The translations under genes and the position numbers were made by a program. A DNA stretch of 64,000 nucleotides from Eledone cirrhosa. Its lineage: Eukaryota. The notes under the pieces are model-generated. The model worked only from the letters and a program-made list of their open reading frames with translations, was not told the DNA's origin and made no database searches. The DNA is taken from the NCBI GenBank assembly GCA_964016885.1, contig OZ024743.1, forward strand, positions 45,880,001 through 45,944,000. Direction: 5' to 3'. Shown piece by piece: positions 1-12,291 of the stretch. How positions within the stretch are numbered: the first letter of the stretch is position 1; each line of letters begins with the position of its first letter.

Positions 1-239
1 TAATTATAATTATCTTGTATTGGTCATTGCAATACATTGCTAAAAATAGCGCCTGCGTGTCCACCAGTTGCACGTCCAAAACTACGTTCGTGTGTGTGAG
101 GGGGGGGCGGTTTTGTGAGGTCAAGTGAGGTATCCGCTGTTTTGCAATGTATAGCTAAAAATAGCGCCCGCATAATTGCAACCCACCCTGCTGTCAGTGT
201 GGAGGGGGGGGGGCGTTTTTCTGAAGTCAAATCAGACAT

Positions 240-427
240 CTGCTCTGTCTAATGCACTAGTCATGGCGTGGAAGTCGGCTATCAAGAAATCACATGCTTC
301 CTTTTGGCTCATATTTTTAAAAATGATAAAAACGACATGGATGTAAATCGATCTAGGTCGAAATTGCGCCCCCCTAAATGTGGCGCCCGTGGCATGTGCC
401 CTGCTTGCCACACCCTAGCTACGCCAC

Positions 428-429
<2 letters not shown>
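240..429. mobile_element. Right end of a hAT-like MITE
   Basis: Ends in CCCTAGCTACGCCACTG (rc CAGTGGCGTAGCTAGGG), preceded by GCGCCCCC/GGCGCCC subterminal motifs. The left TIR was not found, so the left boundary is uncertain. Confidence 0.5.
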
Positions 430-474
<45 letters not shown>

Positions 475-607
475 CGGCGATGAATTAGTTTTGCGAGGTT
501 TTTTATATGAAATCGTGTGTCGAAACAAATATGAGTGTGTTCTGTTATTAATTCTGGCAATATTACACAAATATGACCCTCCCCAAGTATAACAATATAT
601 ATATATA

Positions 608-1467
608 TAAAGAATTAATATCTAGTAACATATATATACATACAGATGCATATCAATGCTAGCAAATATATAGGTTTTGTCTTAGTAACTTTGTGGTTCA
701 ATGCATGGGGTTGCAGAACAATAATATGAGACGTAAAATAAGAAAATTATAAAATTAACTTACTTACTATTTTTTAATAAGTTTCCAGTGTCCACGCTTT
801 GCCTGGATACTTAGATGAGAATAGACCTCCCTGACGACGGAATGCTTCTCTGTATCTTCTTCGGAAAATATATTTATTCCATTCCAGAAACTAATTAGTT
901 GGAAGTGATATTTTAGTAAGTAAGTTAATTTTATAATTTTCTTATTTTACGTCTCATATTATTGTTCTGCAACCCCATGCATTGAACCACAAAGTTACTA
1001 AGACAAAACCTATATATTTGCTAGCATTGATATGCATCTGTATGTATATATATGTTACTAGATATTAATTCTTTATAATTATCTCCAAATTATTTGTCGA
1101 GCAATATTGGCCATGACTGCTGCTATGGCAGCAGGCCGCTGTCTTATTAGCAAACCACTTTCCACTGATTGACCTCGATGTCACGTGATTGATTCTTTTT
1201 GAATTTGCCACCGACGCAGAGGCAGTGATGTTCTCAATGGCTAGGAATTCAGTCCACGCTTTGCTATTTCCTATCCACTGAATTATTTTTAAATAAGTTT
1301 CCAGTGTCCACGCTTTGTCTGGATACTTAGATGAGAATAGACCTCCCTAACGACGGAATGCTTCTCTGTATCTTCTTCGGAAAATATATTTATTCCATTC
1401 CAGATACTAATTAGTTGGAAGTGATATTTTAGTAAGTAAGTTAATTTTATAATTTTCTTATTTTACG

Positions 1468-1470
<3 letters not shown>
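608..1470 (+). mobile_element. Non-autonomous PLE-like unit (inverted partial pLTR plus 516-bp direct repeat) in (TA)n
   Basis: 608-768 is the reverse complement of ~914-1075. 776-955 is repeated at 1292-1470. It carries a hammerhead motif and is flanked by TA runs. Confidence 0.75.
825..906 (+). ncRNA. Minimal type I hammerhead ribozyme motif
   Basis: ACCTCC-CTGACGA-c-GGAATG...CATTCC-a-GAAA-CTAATTAG-TT-GGAAGT. The second copy at ~1341-1422 has core mutations (CTAACGA, GATA). Confidence 0.7.
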
Positions 1471-1555
<85 letters not shown>

Positions 1556-1559
<4 letters not shown>

Positions 1560-2148
1560 TTAATTTCAATTACCTCTGTATTTTATTTACTTTATTCTTA
1601 ACTCTGAAGCCGAGAATCATTCGGTTTCCTAGTTCAAATTTTAGTCTACGACTTCAGTTATACCATTTACGTCGTTTTGTCTGCGTGCAATTGTTCTCCC
1701 CGCTTCACATATGACGTATTATCTTCGTTTTTTTCGTTCATTGCCAGAGAAAGTCTCTATGAACCACCTAATAGAATATTAGTCTACGACTTCTTTTATA
1801 CCATAAACGTGGTTTTGTCTTTGTGTGTAATTGTTTTTCACTGCTCCAAATAATGACGTATTATATTCGTTTTTTCCCGTTCTTTGCCAAGGAACGTTTC
1901 CACGAACCAAAGTATCGTCTTCCTGTGTTCCTCCGGTTGCAATGTTTTTTGAAATATTCACTTCTGCGTTCGCAGATTGACTTTGCTAGTTTCAGAAGAT
2001 CCCGTTAAGGGTGGAAGCAGCGTTTCTTTGATTAAACTTTAATCTGTTATTTTAATAAATATTTGCTCTACGGTTCTTATATATTTGATATATATTTATC
2101 CATATCGAGCCCTCTTTGGATTTTAGTCTTCAAATTTATTATTATTAC
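1556..2148 (+). mobile_element. Solo pLTR of the Naiad-type PLE at 23278-25945, with internal ~137-bp duplication
   Basis: Reverse complement of 23278-23873. Its 3' end recurs at ~28209-28318, ~41567-41665 and ~46225-46292. Confidence 0.7.
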
Positions 2149-2156
2149 TATATATA

Positions 2157-3153
2157 TATTGTTATACTTGGGCAGGGTCATATTTGTGTAATAATATTGC
2201 CAGAATTAATAACACAACACACTCACTGTTTGGTTGGTTTTCGCTTCTGTGTCTATTATATCGGTTAATTTAATTTATTCGGTCCTCAATGTTACCATTG
2301 ACTGACCAACGGTCAAAAATACAGATACAATATAGACACAAACACATATATATATAGTCTAACAAAGTTCTTTCGTTGCATATCTGCAACATCGTCAGTG
2401 GTGCTATTATGTTTCCTCACGTTGTATTGTATGCCTACGCCATCTCTATTTAGTCTGTTTATTTTTTTTTTGTCTTCTCTGCGCATGCGTTTGCGCTTAT
2501 GTGTAGTGTTTGATGTGTGTTCGTATTTGGGTGACTGTGTATTGGTTATTGTATTTTATCTGGCATGTTGGTATAGTACTATACGAACATGCCAGACAAC
2601 AAAACGACGGTAACATAGACAACATAGAAATTAGAATAATATCTAAACATAGAAATGACCCAGCAGATAAGCAAATCAGAGAGCCAGAGAAATAGAACTT
2701 AGAATGCCAAGTCTAAACAGAAAAAATGAATGGAATAACAACAACACCCAAACAAACAATACTGACCTAAGAGAAGTATAAATAAATAAATAAACAAACT
2801 AAATAAAGATGGCGTAGGCATACAATACAACGAGAGGAAACATAATAGCACCACTGACGATGTTGCAGATGTGCAACGAAAGAACTTTGTTAGACTATAT
2901 ATATATGTGTTTGTGTCTATATTGTATCTGTATTTTTGACCGTTGGTCAGTCAATGGTAACATTGAGGACCGAATAAATTAAATTAACCAATATAAAAGA
3001 CACAGAAGCGAAAACCAATCAAACAGTGAGTGTGTTCTGTTATTAATTCTGGCAATATTATTACACAAATATGACCCTCCCCAAGTATAACAATATTTGT
3101 TTCGACACACGATTTCATATCAAAAACCTCGCAAAACTAATTCATCGCCGTTA

Positions 3154-3156
<3 letters not shown>
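2157..3156. mobile_element. Inverted-repeat element with ~300-bp arms, PLE-like
   Basis: 2157-~2464 is the reverse complement of ~2790-3096. Rearranged pieces occur at 472-596. A hammerhead-like CTGACGA-t-GTTGC..GCAAC-GAAA lies at 2854-2881, but stems I and III are poor. Confidence 0.6.
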
Positions 3157-3209
<53 letters not shown>

Positions 3210-3358
3210 ATTATTATTTAATTTCTTGATGCACGAAATATTCCGTTGGTGATGATTTACGGCGGAAATGTTTCTTAGAAATGAATAGTCTCCACTATAA
3301 CCAGCAGATGATTTTGTATCATGATGATTTGTATCTTGAAATATCTTGCAATTATAAG

Positions 3359-3500
<142 letters not shown>

Positions 3501-3954
3501 ATTTTATTCAGCATTTTCTAATGTACGTATGTAAGAAATAATTTAATAGCTACGTGAATTGTATACACTCCCTCTCTAAATAAGTAGAAGAAGGTATTAA
3601 CTACATAGATATTTGAGAAGGACAAAAATTACCCTTGGGATTTACCCAGAGACGCCATCTAGAAATTAACAATCGGGTTAGTATTAACATACTTAATGTG
3701 GTGATGAATGCCAATCTAATTAATTAATAACTTACAAGATGAAGATAAGTAACATTATCTCGACGATGAATAATTATTTATTCAGATCTTGGTAAGTGTG
3801 GGGAAAACCCGGACACTTTTTTGTCTTATCGGATTTCATCAGTGAAGTATGGCTTTGTCCGTACTTCTCAAAGTAGGATAGTAGAATAATTATATTCATG
3901 TATAACAATTTAAACTATTAAATATCAAAAAGTATCAAAATGGCTCAACACATA

Positions 3955-4150
3955 ATTATTGTTTCTACTTTTGGCACAAGGCCAGCAATTATCTCAGTGT
4001 ATTACTGGTACTTTATTTTATCGACCCAGTAAGGATGAAAGGCAAAGTTAACCTCGGTGGGATTGGAACTCACATCATAAAGGGCCGTAACTATATGCCG
4101 TGAAGCATGTTGTCCGACGCTCTACTGACACTGCCAATCCACCGCCCTTC
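3955..4150 (-). mobile_element. tRNA-derived SINE family 1
   Basis: The sense strand has an A-box-like TGGCAGT.TCGG/TCAG, a B-box GAGTTC.AATCC and the conserved GCCTTTCATCCTT..GGGTCGATAAA block. About 8 copies in the window. Confidence 0.8.
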
Positions 4151-4271
4151 AACGCATAATTATTATTAATTGGTTAAGGTCTTATCCTTTACTACATTTG
4201 ATATTAAAGTTCAAATGTTTTCTCGAACCTAGAAAATCATCAGGCTGGAGCTTATCTCGGTTTCATGTGAC

Positions 4272-4420
4272 GTTATTCTATATATACTATTGTATTTCCA
4301 CGGTAAAGTCTTTACCTTATTTAATATAGAATCTATGAGATTTTGATATTATGTATTTTGAGAACAATACCTTAACATCACTATGAGTGGCCAATTACAG
4401 CCAGTTTGAACAGAAAGAGG
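4272..4420. repeat. Dispersed repeat, second copy at ~36745-36905
   Basis: Shared TACTATTGTATTT..GGTAAAG..TTTGAGAACA.TACCTTAACATCACTA..CCAGTTTGAACAGAAAG. Confidence 0.6.
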
Positions 4421-5470
4421 TAAGAGAATTCTGGCTGGTTATGGTCGGTTTAAATGCTAAAGGGTTTTAGTGGAGCTAGTTTTACAAATCAACCCCACTA
4501 ATTTAATATTAGATGAGACATAATACTCTATCAACATTTTCTCTGTGTGTATGTTTTTTATACAAACATGATATTATTAGCAATGAACAAGAAAGACGTC
4601 CAGAAAAATACTAAGAAATAATTGTCTTTATTTGTTTGAGTGCATGTAGATAATTATAGTCAAGATTCGTACCTGTTAGTTAGTGTGTAATTCAATCCTG
4701 TGCGTGTGTGTAGAGGAGTTGCTCAATGGCTGTAAACCGCATCTGTCACAAGGACAGATTAGCCAAAAAGAGGAAGTTGAAAATAAGGGTTCACCTTATA
4801 TTAAGAACATGAGGAGGTAACCCCTAAATGGTTCATTTTTCCGCCACTAGGTGGCTCTGCTGACCTTATACTTCACTGCAGGGTTAAACACTGGAAATAC
4901 AAGTTCCAACCCTTCCCTTCAGTCGGAACGCCAATCTGTTGCAGGGTTGAACGTCAGTTGCCGCTGGTACTCACTTGTGCCCGCTGCGTGGATTTGAGAA
5001 ATATAAAATAAAAACGTGTCTTACTCAAGGACACTACTTACCACACGATCCAGAAATCGAACTCATGACCAATATAATCCCGACACCTTAACATTAGGCA
5101 GAGTACCGTCACATTATTGATATTAATTGGTGGATAATAATTTTCATCTGAAACCTGATTTTTAATAATGATGGGTGAAGCATATTTTTTAATGATTGAT
5201 TTATGAGAGAACAATATTTTGAATTCATAAAATATATTACGTGTTCAGATTTTTGAAATGTAATAAAATATCCTTTATAATCATACATCTGATGTGACAG
5301 GGTTCATACATATTTCTGAAATATGAATTCTTAATAGGATTTTACTCTATGTGTGGGGTGAATTAATATTATGGAAAATAAATAGACTTGACGTTTCACT
5401 GACAGGTGGTTTAAGGGTAGATTCTAAAATATATTACGCTATGTTTTGTTTTGGTTTCTCTGACCGAATG

Positions 5471-5790
5471 TAAAGCTTCTGGTAGCCGTCAGATCAACAG
5501 AAATTAGTATGTTTCAGATCAGATTGGAGCCTAAATGAATATCTATTTACGGAGTTCATCTTGAAACAAATGTGATTTGATTTATAAACAAACATCTTTT
5601 AAGCGAGTTTATAAATTCACGATTCATCAATCTAAAGCTTCTGATCTCGTCAGATCAATAAAATCTGGTATGTTTCAGATCAGATTGGAGCCTATATGAA
5701 TATCCATTTGCGGACTTTATCTGGAAATAAATACCATTTGATTTATAAACAAAAAATCATTTTGTGAATTTATAAATTTATAATTCATCA
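5471..5790. repeat. Diverged tandem duplication, ~163-bp unit x2
   Basis: TAAAGCTTCTG..GTCAGATCAA..TATGTTTCAGATCAGATTGGAGCCTA occurs at 5471 and 5634. Confidence 0.75.
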
Positions 5791-6611
5791 TTTTAAGAAA
5801 GGAAAATTGCTCTCACAATCCTGGATTCAAGCTATGTTGACACGTTAAAACTTCGTTAGTTAACACGAAGAATTGTGTTGGACTCACGATCATAATTTCG
5901 TTTGTTCGATTCCTGGACCGAGAGGCACACTTTCTGGGCAAGAGGCTTCACTTTATGTTTCTTTTCATTAAAACACCCAAGAAACTTCCTATGGGATGCA
6001 ACCTCGTAGGAGACCAGCTAAATCTGCATATGTAGGAGTTTTATTTTTCCCATTAAGAATGTGTTAGTAGGTTTAGTGATATATACTTTCCATATTGAGT
6101 TTCAATTTTTTATCAATGGTGTCACTGTGTGGTGTAAAAATGTATTTTAAATTAACAACGCAATGGTCTTCAGTGACTATCTTGCTATCCAGGTTTCATA
6201 TGACACACAGCATACTTTGTTGAAGCAGGGGAGGATTCCGGTGCAATTTGAACTCATGCCCTATGATGGATCTTCCGTCGGTTTCGACGATAATCACACT
6301 GACTTAAGCACTCCTCATAAATTAATATGAAAGAGGTTGAGAATTCTATATATATGAGTAAACTTAACGTAATAATTCTCAGGCTGAATCAGCGCAACAC
6401 AATATGTGACATGGCTGGAACTTTGAGTTACAGGTACAATCCATCTGTCAGGCTTCCATACAATTTCTGCCTTCCCAATTTCACTCACAGTGCTTAGGTT
6501 GTTTAGAGGCTAATGTAAAAATATTACACGCACAGGGATCGAAAGTGGGACTTCATGACTGCGAAGCGATCTTCTTAAACCTCCAGCCATGCTTGTATCC
6601 ACACATAACCT

Positions 6612-6800
6612 ATAATTGTTTCTACTTTTGGCACAAGGCCAGCAAAATACCCAGTGCATTACTGGTACTTTATTTTATCGATCCCCTAAGGATGAATGGC
6701 AAAGTTAATCTCAGAGGGATTTGAACTCAGAATGGCAAGGGCCGTAACTCTATTCGTCAAAGCATGGCGTCCGACCCTCTACCGATACTGCCAATCCACA
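6612..6800 (-). mobile_element. tRNA-derived SINE family 1 with target-site duplication
   Basis: Same sequence as 3955-4150. CCACACATAACCTATAAT is present on both sides (~6599 and ~6796). Confidence 0.8.
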
Positions 6801-7329
6801 CATAACCTATAATGGCAAAACTAATTGCTATATTGCTGTCTCATTCGACGGCAAAAAAAAAGTGAAGTCTTGTCCACAAAATGTAATTTCATAAATGTTT
6901 CAGCAGCTGCTGCATTGTGTACTAAAATGTGAAAAATTTAATTTAATATTTTAGATAAATCTTTCCTGCTTCACAAAACAATACTTTGAAAGAATTAAAA
7001 GAAAAGTGCTTAATGGATGTCATTCAAGACGCGTTTGTATCTTTTATATAATAATGAAAATTTAATTACAGATTGTACGATAATAATTGTTCATGCTATT
7101 AACCTCTTTAGACAACACACACGCATTTATATAATATAATATATATATAATATATATATATTATATATATAATATATATATATATATATATTATATATAA
7201 TATATATATATAGAGAAGCAAAAAATTGCTTATTGTGATCCAGTTCTTCGTTAAAAGAGCCAGTTTCATTGATGGTTTCAACGTACGGTTAGGGGTAACT
7301 CCACAAGTTTGTAAGAATTCCGTTCAATT

Positions 7330-8123
7330 TTGGAGTATAAAGTATAAAAGAGAAAACACAGATAGGCATTAAGAGAAGGATTTTATCCAGGTATTTACGA
7401 CCGTCTCATTGGTAAGTGCAACCTTATATTGCTATACTGCAAATAGCAGCCACTCAATTTGTAACTGCCACCTACCTGAAACCTGTCCATTACAAAATGA
7501 ATGTATGCAGTCTAACCTGGTTTACCAATGCACAGTGGAATCAGACAACCAGAAATGGTATTACATCGGAGCGACTGGGAATACATTTAAAGCCCGTTGG
7601 TATACACACCGTTACGCAATGAAACATTCCCAGCATCGTTATGTAACTACCCTTGCAAACAAGACCTGGCAACTGAGGGAAAGTAACCATCAATACACCC
7701 TGAAGTGGAAAAAATTATCGAACGCGGCCTCATATCGGAGTGGTATGAGAAGCTGTCGATTGTGCGACCTTGAGCTATTCCACATCTTGAGTTCGAAGAA
7801 TAAGTTACTCAACAATAAAATCGAAAGATCAATTTATTGTAGCCATAGACTCAAAGAGCAGTTTTCGCACTACAAATCGAACCCTTAACCTCTTACTACC
7901 AACTGATAAACTGCATATACTTAGACTTTATACCCTCTTGTTGTATCTAAACCCTTTTAATTACCCACAAAACCAATACATATATCCCCCTCTTCTCCCT
8001 CATTCCACTTCTATTTCTTCGTTTTCTTCCTTCCTTCCCTCCCCTTCTTGGCTATCTTTTCTTTTCTTCTTTCTCACCCCCATCTTTGCTTTTATTTTTG
8101 TCATTATTATCTTTATCTTTATT

Positions 8124-8155
<32 letters not shown>

Positions 8156-8620
8156 TTATCTCTTTATATCTCCCCCCTCTCCCTCTCTCCCTCTCTATCC
8201 ATCCCTCCCACTATGATCAATTTAATTCTCTTTAACTCACTACATTCCACGACATGAAGTCTGCTATCAAAACTGACCAAGGAATCCTTCCACCTCTACC
8301 CCTCTCTCCATCTCAGTTTGTCACTCTACTTCATACCTCTTCCCCTTCATCTCTCTCTATACTATTGCGTTTGTCCCCTCACCTTCTGATTCCTCTCTCT
8401 ATATACTAGCAATTCCAAATAAATGTTCTTCTTTATATATTAAGAATTATTTCAAGAGTAACTTACTCACTATTTTGAAAATTTGGACTGTGAACAACAA
8501 TTATAATTGAGTGGCTGCTATTTTCAGTATAGCAATATAAGGTTGCACTTACCAATGAAACGGTCGTAAATAACTGGATAAAATCCTTCTCTTAATGCTT
8601 ACCTGTGTTTTCTCTTTTAT
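7330..8620 (+). mobile_element. 5'-truncated Naiad-type PLE with inverted terminal copy
   Basis: Contains a GIY-YIG endonuclease frame. ~7345-7460 is the reverse complement of ~8504-8620. Flanked by degenerate (TA)n. Confidence 0.8.
7454..7888 (+). pseudogene. PLE GIY-YIG endonuclease fragment
   Basis: CNCHLPETCPLQNEC (CxCx5C), LVYQC..YYIG.T..FK.R...H, and C-terminal CRLC. Confidence 0.85.
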
Positions 8621-8783
8621 ATTATATATAATATATATATATATATTATATATAATATATATATATGTATATTATATATATATATTATATATATATATAA
8701 TATATATATATAAAATATATATATAATATATATAATATATATATATATAATATATATAATATATATATATATAATATATATAT

Positions 8784-9391
8784 CTTAGTCTTAGTCGTAG
8801 ATTCTTCCGCGCCGTTCGGCGCATCGAGCAGTAAGTACTCGCCAACGGTCACGATCAGCGCCAACTTTTTCGAGACCGTGCCAGGTGATGTTGACTACCA
8901 TCAGGTACTTCCGGAACGTTCGTCGCCAGGTGATCCTTGGGCAACCCCGCCTCCGCTTACCGCCAGGCGGAGTCCAGTTCATCGCTGTTTTCGAATACCG
9001 TTCATTTGGCAGACGCAGAATATGGCCAGCCAGGCGGCACCGACGCTCCGCGACCACGCTCTGTAGCGTCCACGACTCGGCTCTCCGCAGGATCTCCTCG
9101 TTTCGCACTCGGTCGCGCCAGGACACACGAATGATCTTTCGCAGGCACCGCTGGTGGAAAGCGTTCAGCCGTCTCTCTATTTTTGCCGTACTCTTCCAGG
9201 TCTCGCTCGCATAAAGCACTGTCGGCAGCACGATGCTCTTGTACAGACGGAGCTTGGTCTTGGTGCTAATGCATGAAGACGACCAGACTGGGCACAGCCG
9301 CTGGAAAACTGTGGCTCCTTTGCCGATCCGACAGTTGATGCCGAGCTCCGCGTCACCGCTGCTTGTCAGGATGCTGCCCAGATAGGTGAAG
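8784..9391 (-). mobile_element. RTE-clade LINE 3' fragment
   Basis: FTYLGS..TKLRLYKS.VLPT.LYASETW..FHQRCLRKI..LAGHILR..RRRGCPRITW. Short (ACTAAG)n tail, inserted in TA-rich sequence. Confidence 0.9.
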
Positions 9392-9482
9392 ATATAATAT
9401 ATATATATATATATTATATATAATATATATATATATAGTGCAAATTTATACGGGAACAAAACAGAGAGGCAGACAAATAAAG

Positions 9483-9556
9483 GTTTATTAGGTTCACGCT
9501 TTTGAGAGTGGGGGGGGGGGGGCGTTTCGGGCATACGCCCTTCTTCAGGAATAAAG
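9483..9556 (-). ncRNA. Degenerate hammerhead motif in a PLE-like 3' end
   Basis: rc TTTATTC-CTGAAGA-a-GGGC-GTAT-GCCC-GAAA-CGC...GCGT. The cleavage position is non-canonical. Confidence 0.45.
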
Positions 9557-11104
9557 AGGTTAGGAAGAGAGTTCAGAGGGTGTGGAAATACATTTAGAAA
9601 AAAGGGGGAAGGAGAACAAATAAAAATAAAAATAAAAATAAACATAAGAATAAACAATAAGATGGACAAGTGGTGGAAGGGTGTGAGGCGTGTAAGGGTG
9701 GTGGCGGGTGGAATTGGGAGAGAGAGGCGGGGGGTCGAAGCGAGGAAGGTTGAAGGTGGTGTTTGTGTATGTGTGTAGGTGTGAAGGTGTACGTGAGTGT
9801 GTGTGCGTGTGTATGTGAGAGTTTGAGGAAGAACGGGGTTCCATGTTCAGGAAAAGGTGTGGCGTGGGGTGAAGTGTAAGTCGGTATGTGCGTGCGTGTG
9901 GAATGAGAGGGGTGAGGGAGGTGGCGTGTGGATTCCGGAGGTTGTGTATATGTGGGGGTACGCACGTGTGTGTTTGTGTTTATATGTGGTGTGGATGTGG
10001 GTGGCGTGGATGTGTGTGGGTGCGAAAAAATGTGTGAGTGTATGTTCGCAATATGTGACATCTATGAATTACTAGTATTTTCCATAGGAGTTCTACAGTT
10101 TCCGTCTACCTAAATTCAACCCGCACGGCTTGGTTCATCCCGAGATTGTGGTAAATATTCCAGCTAGTAGGATGGAACCCAAAACATTTTAACTTGGGTT
10201 GTTATTGCTCTTTAGTCGCAGTTCAACAATGATCCCGCAGACTTATAATCGAAGGAATTAGCGAAATAGTTGGTTACTCTTTCTAACAGATCAAGCTACG
10301 GTTCTAAGGCTCCAATATCGAATCAACCAACGGTAGATGGATTTTGTTTTTATCAAGCAGAATATTTTCCTTTTGTTCGCCGTAATTGCGTAGGAATTTA
10401 TTAATAATTGTAGATTTAATTATTTTCCAAAGGACACCTTTTCTAGAAAAAGCAATTTAAATAATAATCAAATGATGTAAACGTTAACGTAGCCAATAAG
10501 ACATGAAAACAAACAAAACAAGACAATTTCCTTTTCAGTGACTGGATACCTGTTCTTTCTGGATATTTCCTAAAGGTCATTTATAGAAATCGAGATACTT
10601 ATTAGAGTTGAGGAATGATGTATTTTTTTACAGTTGTCTAGTGTTTACTGAACTTCAGTGCAAATATTTAGAAAGAGTATAAATAATAAAAGAAAACTGG
10701 TGACGAGCTCAAGAAACGTGCTTGATGTTTTCTAGACATTAGCAATATAATGAGATACTTGACAAACGATAAAACCAGTCATTCCTGCATTGGCACGATA
10801 TAACATTTATAAAAAAGATAAAAAATGAGAATGTCAGCTAAGTCACAAATGATATAAACTTGGATATCATAATTTTAATTTAGCGTGGACACAAGCATGG
10901 CTGAGTGGTAAAGAGAGTTCACTTCGCAATCGTGAGGTCTCAGGTACGATCTCATCGCGTAGTATCTTGGTACTTGACAAACTATAAAACTTGTTATCAT
11001 TTCTACATTGACTAGATATAATGCTGATAAGAAGGTAGGGGTGATGATAAGCTTGGTTCCATCCCACTTTGTGACATCTTCGACAATTGTCTTTAATAAA
11101 GATT

Positions 11105-11310
11105 TCTAGTATAGGCACAAGGCCAGTAATTTGGGAGGAGGGGAAAGTCGATTAAATCGACCCCAGTACGTTACTGGTGCTTTATTTTATCGACCCCGTA
11201 AGGATGAAAGGCAAAGTTAACCTCGGTGAGATTTGAACTCAGACCGTAAAGGTCCGTAACTCTATGCTGCAAAGCATGGTGTCCGATTCTCTACCGATAC
11301 TGCCAAAATG
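11105..11310 (-). mobile_element. tRNA-derived SINE family 1
   Basis: Matches 3955-4150. Confidence 0.8.
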
Positions 11311-12291
11311 CCCTGGGTTGACTCATATCTTTTGAATGAAATTGATGAAACAGAAACTGTCTGGAAGTCGGTCCGATGGATTGTACCCGAATTTAATTCA
11401 AAGGTCTAGCCTTTGCCACATATTGTGATAAATAAAATACCAATCTAGGTCGAGGATTAACGGGTTAACGGAATCCTAGTGTCCCTTTCGGTAATTTACT
11501 TTCTGATTTCGTCTGTGATGTCACTAGCGTCATGCTATGTTATAAGAGCCTTTGCCTTTCCTTTGGACAAAATCGTTGGCGTGGAGAAGGGAGACTTACT
11601 TGCATGGATAATTTGTCTTTCATCCTTTTGGTGTCGACAAAATAAATGACCAGTCTCAGAACAGTGGTTAATTGTTAAAATGCAGGACGGGCTGTTTTAC
11701 GGTATCTCGTTTTGACTGTGCATTCTGAGTTCAATGGAAATCGGTGACGCTTCTGTCAGGACAATAGTTGCAATCGGTAGATAGGATTAGCAATGGAAAG
11801 GCCAATGAAAACATAGTAACCTTAGTTAAGTCTGGCTATCAGGTTTCATCTTTCTGGTATACAAAGCAACGCGAAACGAAGCTTAATATAAAGTAAAATC
11901 AACTAATAATATTAGAAATCAGTTTAAGGCCATTTACTATCAAAGTCGGTGATAAAAAACAACTTTGTTTTCTTAAAATAAGTAACTTTATAACGTTCAA
12001 CTATTTCTTCTTTCTTCTGAATATATTTGCGTGTGTATATATGTAAATCTGTATGAGTAAGTGTGTGTATCTGCGAGTGTGTGTGTGTGTGTGTGTGTGT
12101 ATACCTCTCTCTGTCTGTGTGGAAATATTAATTCTATAGTAATTAACCATCGTCTATATAGAGGTTTGGGTGGCAGAAAAAAGATCAATGTTATATAGAG
12201 AGAGAGATGTATATATGCATATATGTATATAAGTAAATACACATAATTCCGTTTTTAACAATTCTCATATATATATATATATATATATATA

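Noticed and set aside
1985-2035. Possible hammerhead in the Naiad pLTR (CAGAAGA..GGAA/GAAA)
   Set aside because: The core is mutated in both copies and no stem I pairing was found.
5640-5685. Possible type II hammerhead on the minus strand of the 163-bp duplication
   Set aside because: Only stem II pairs, and the other copy lacks the core.
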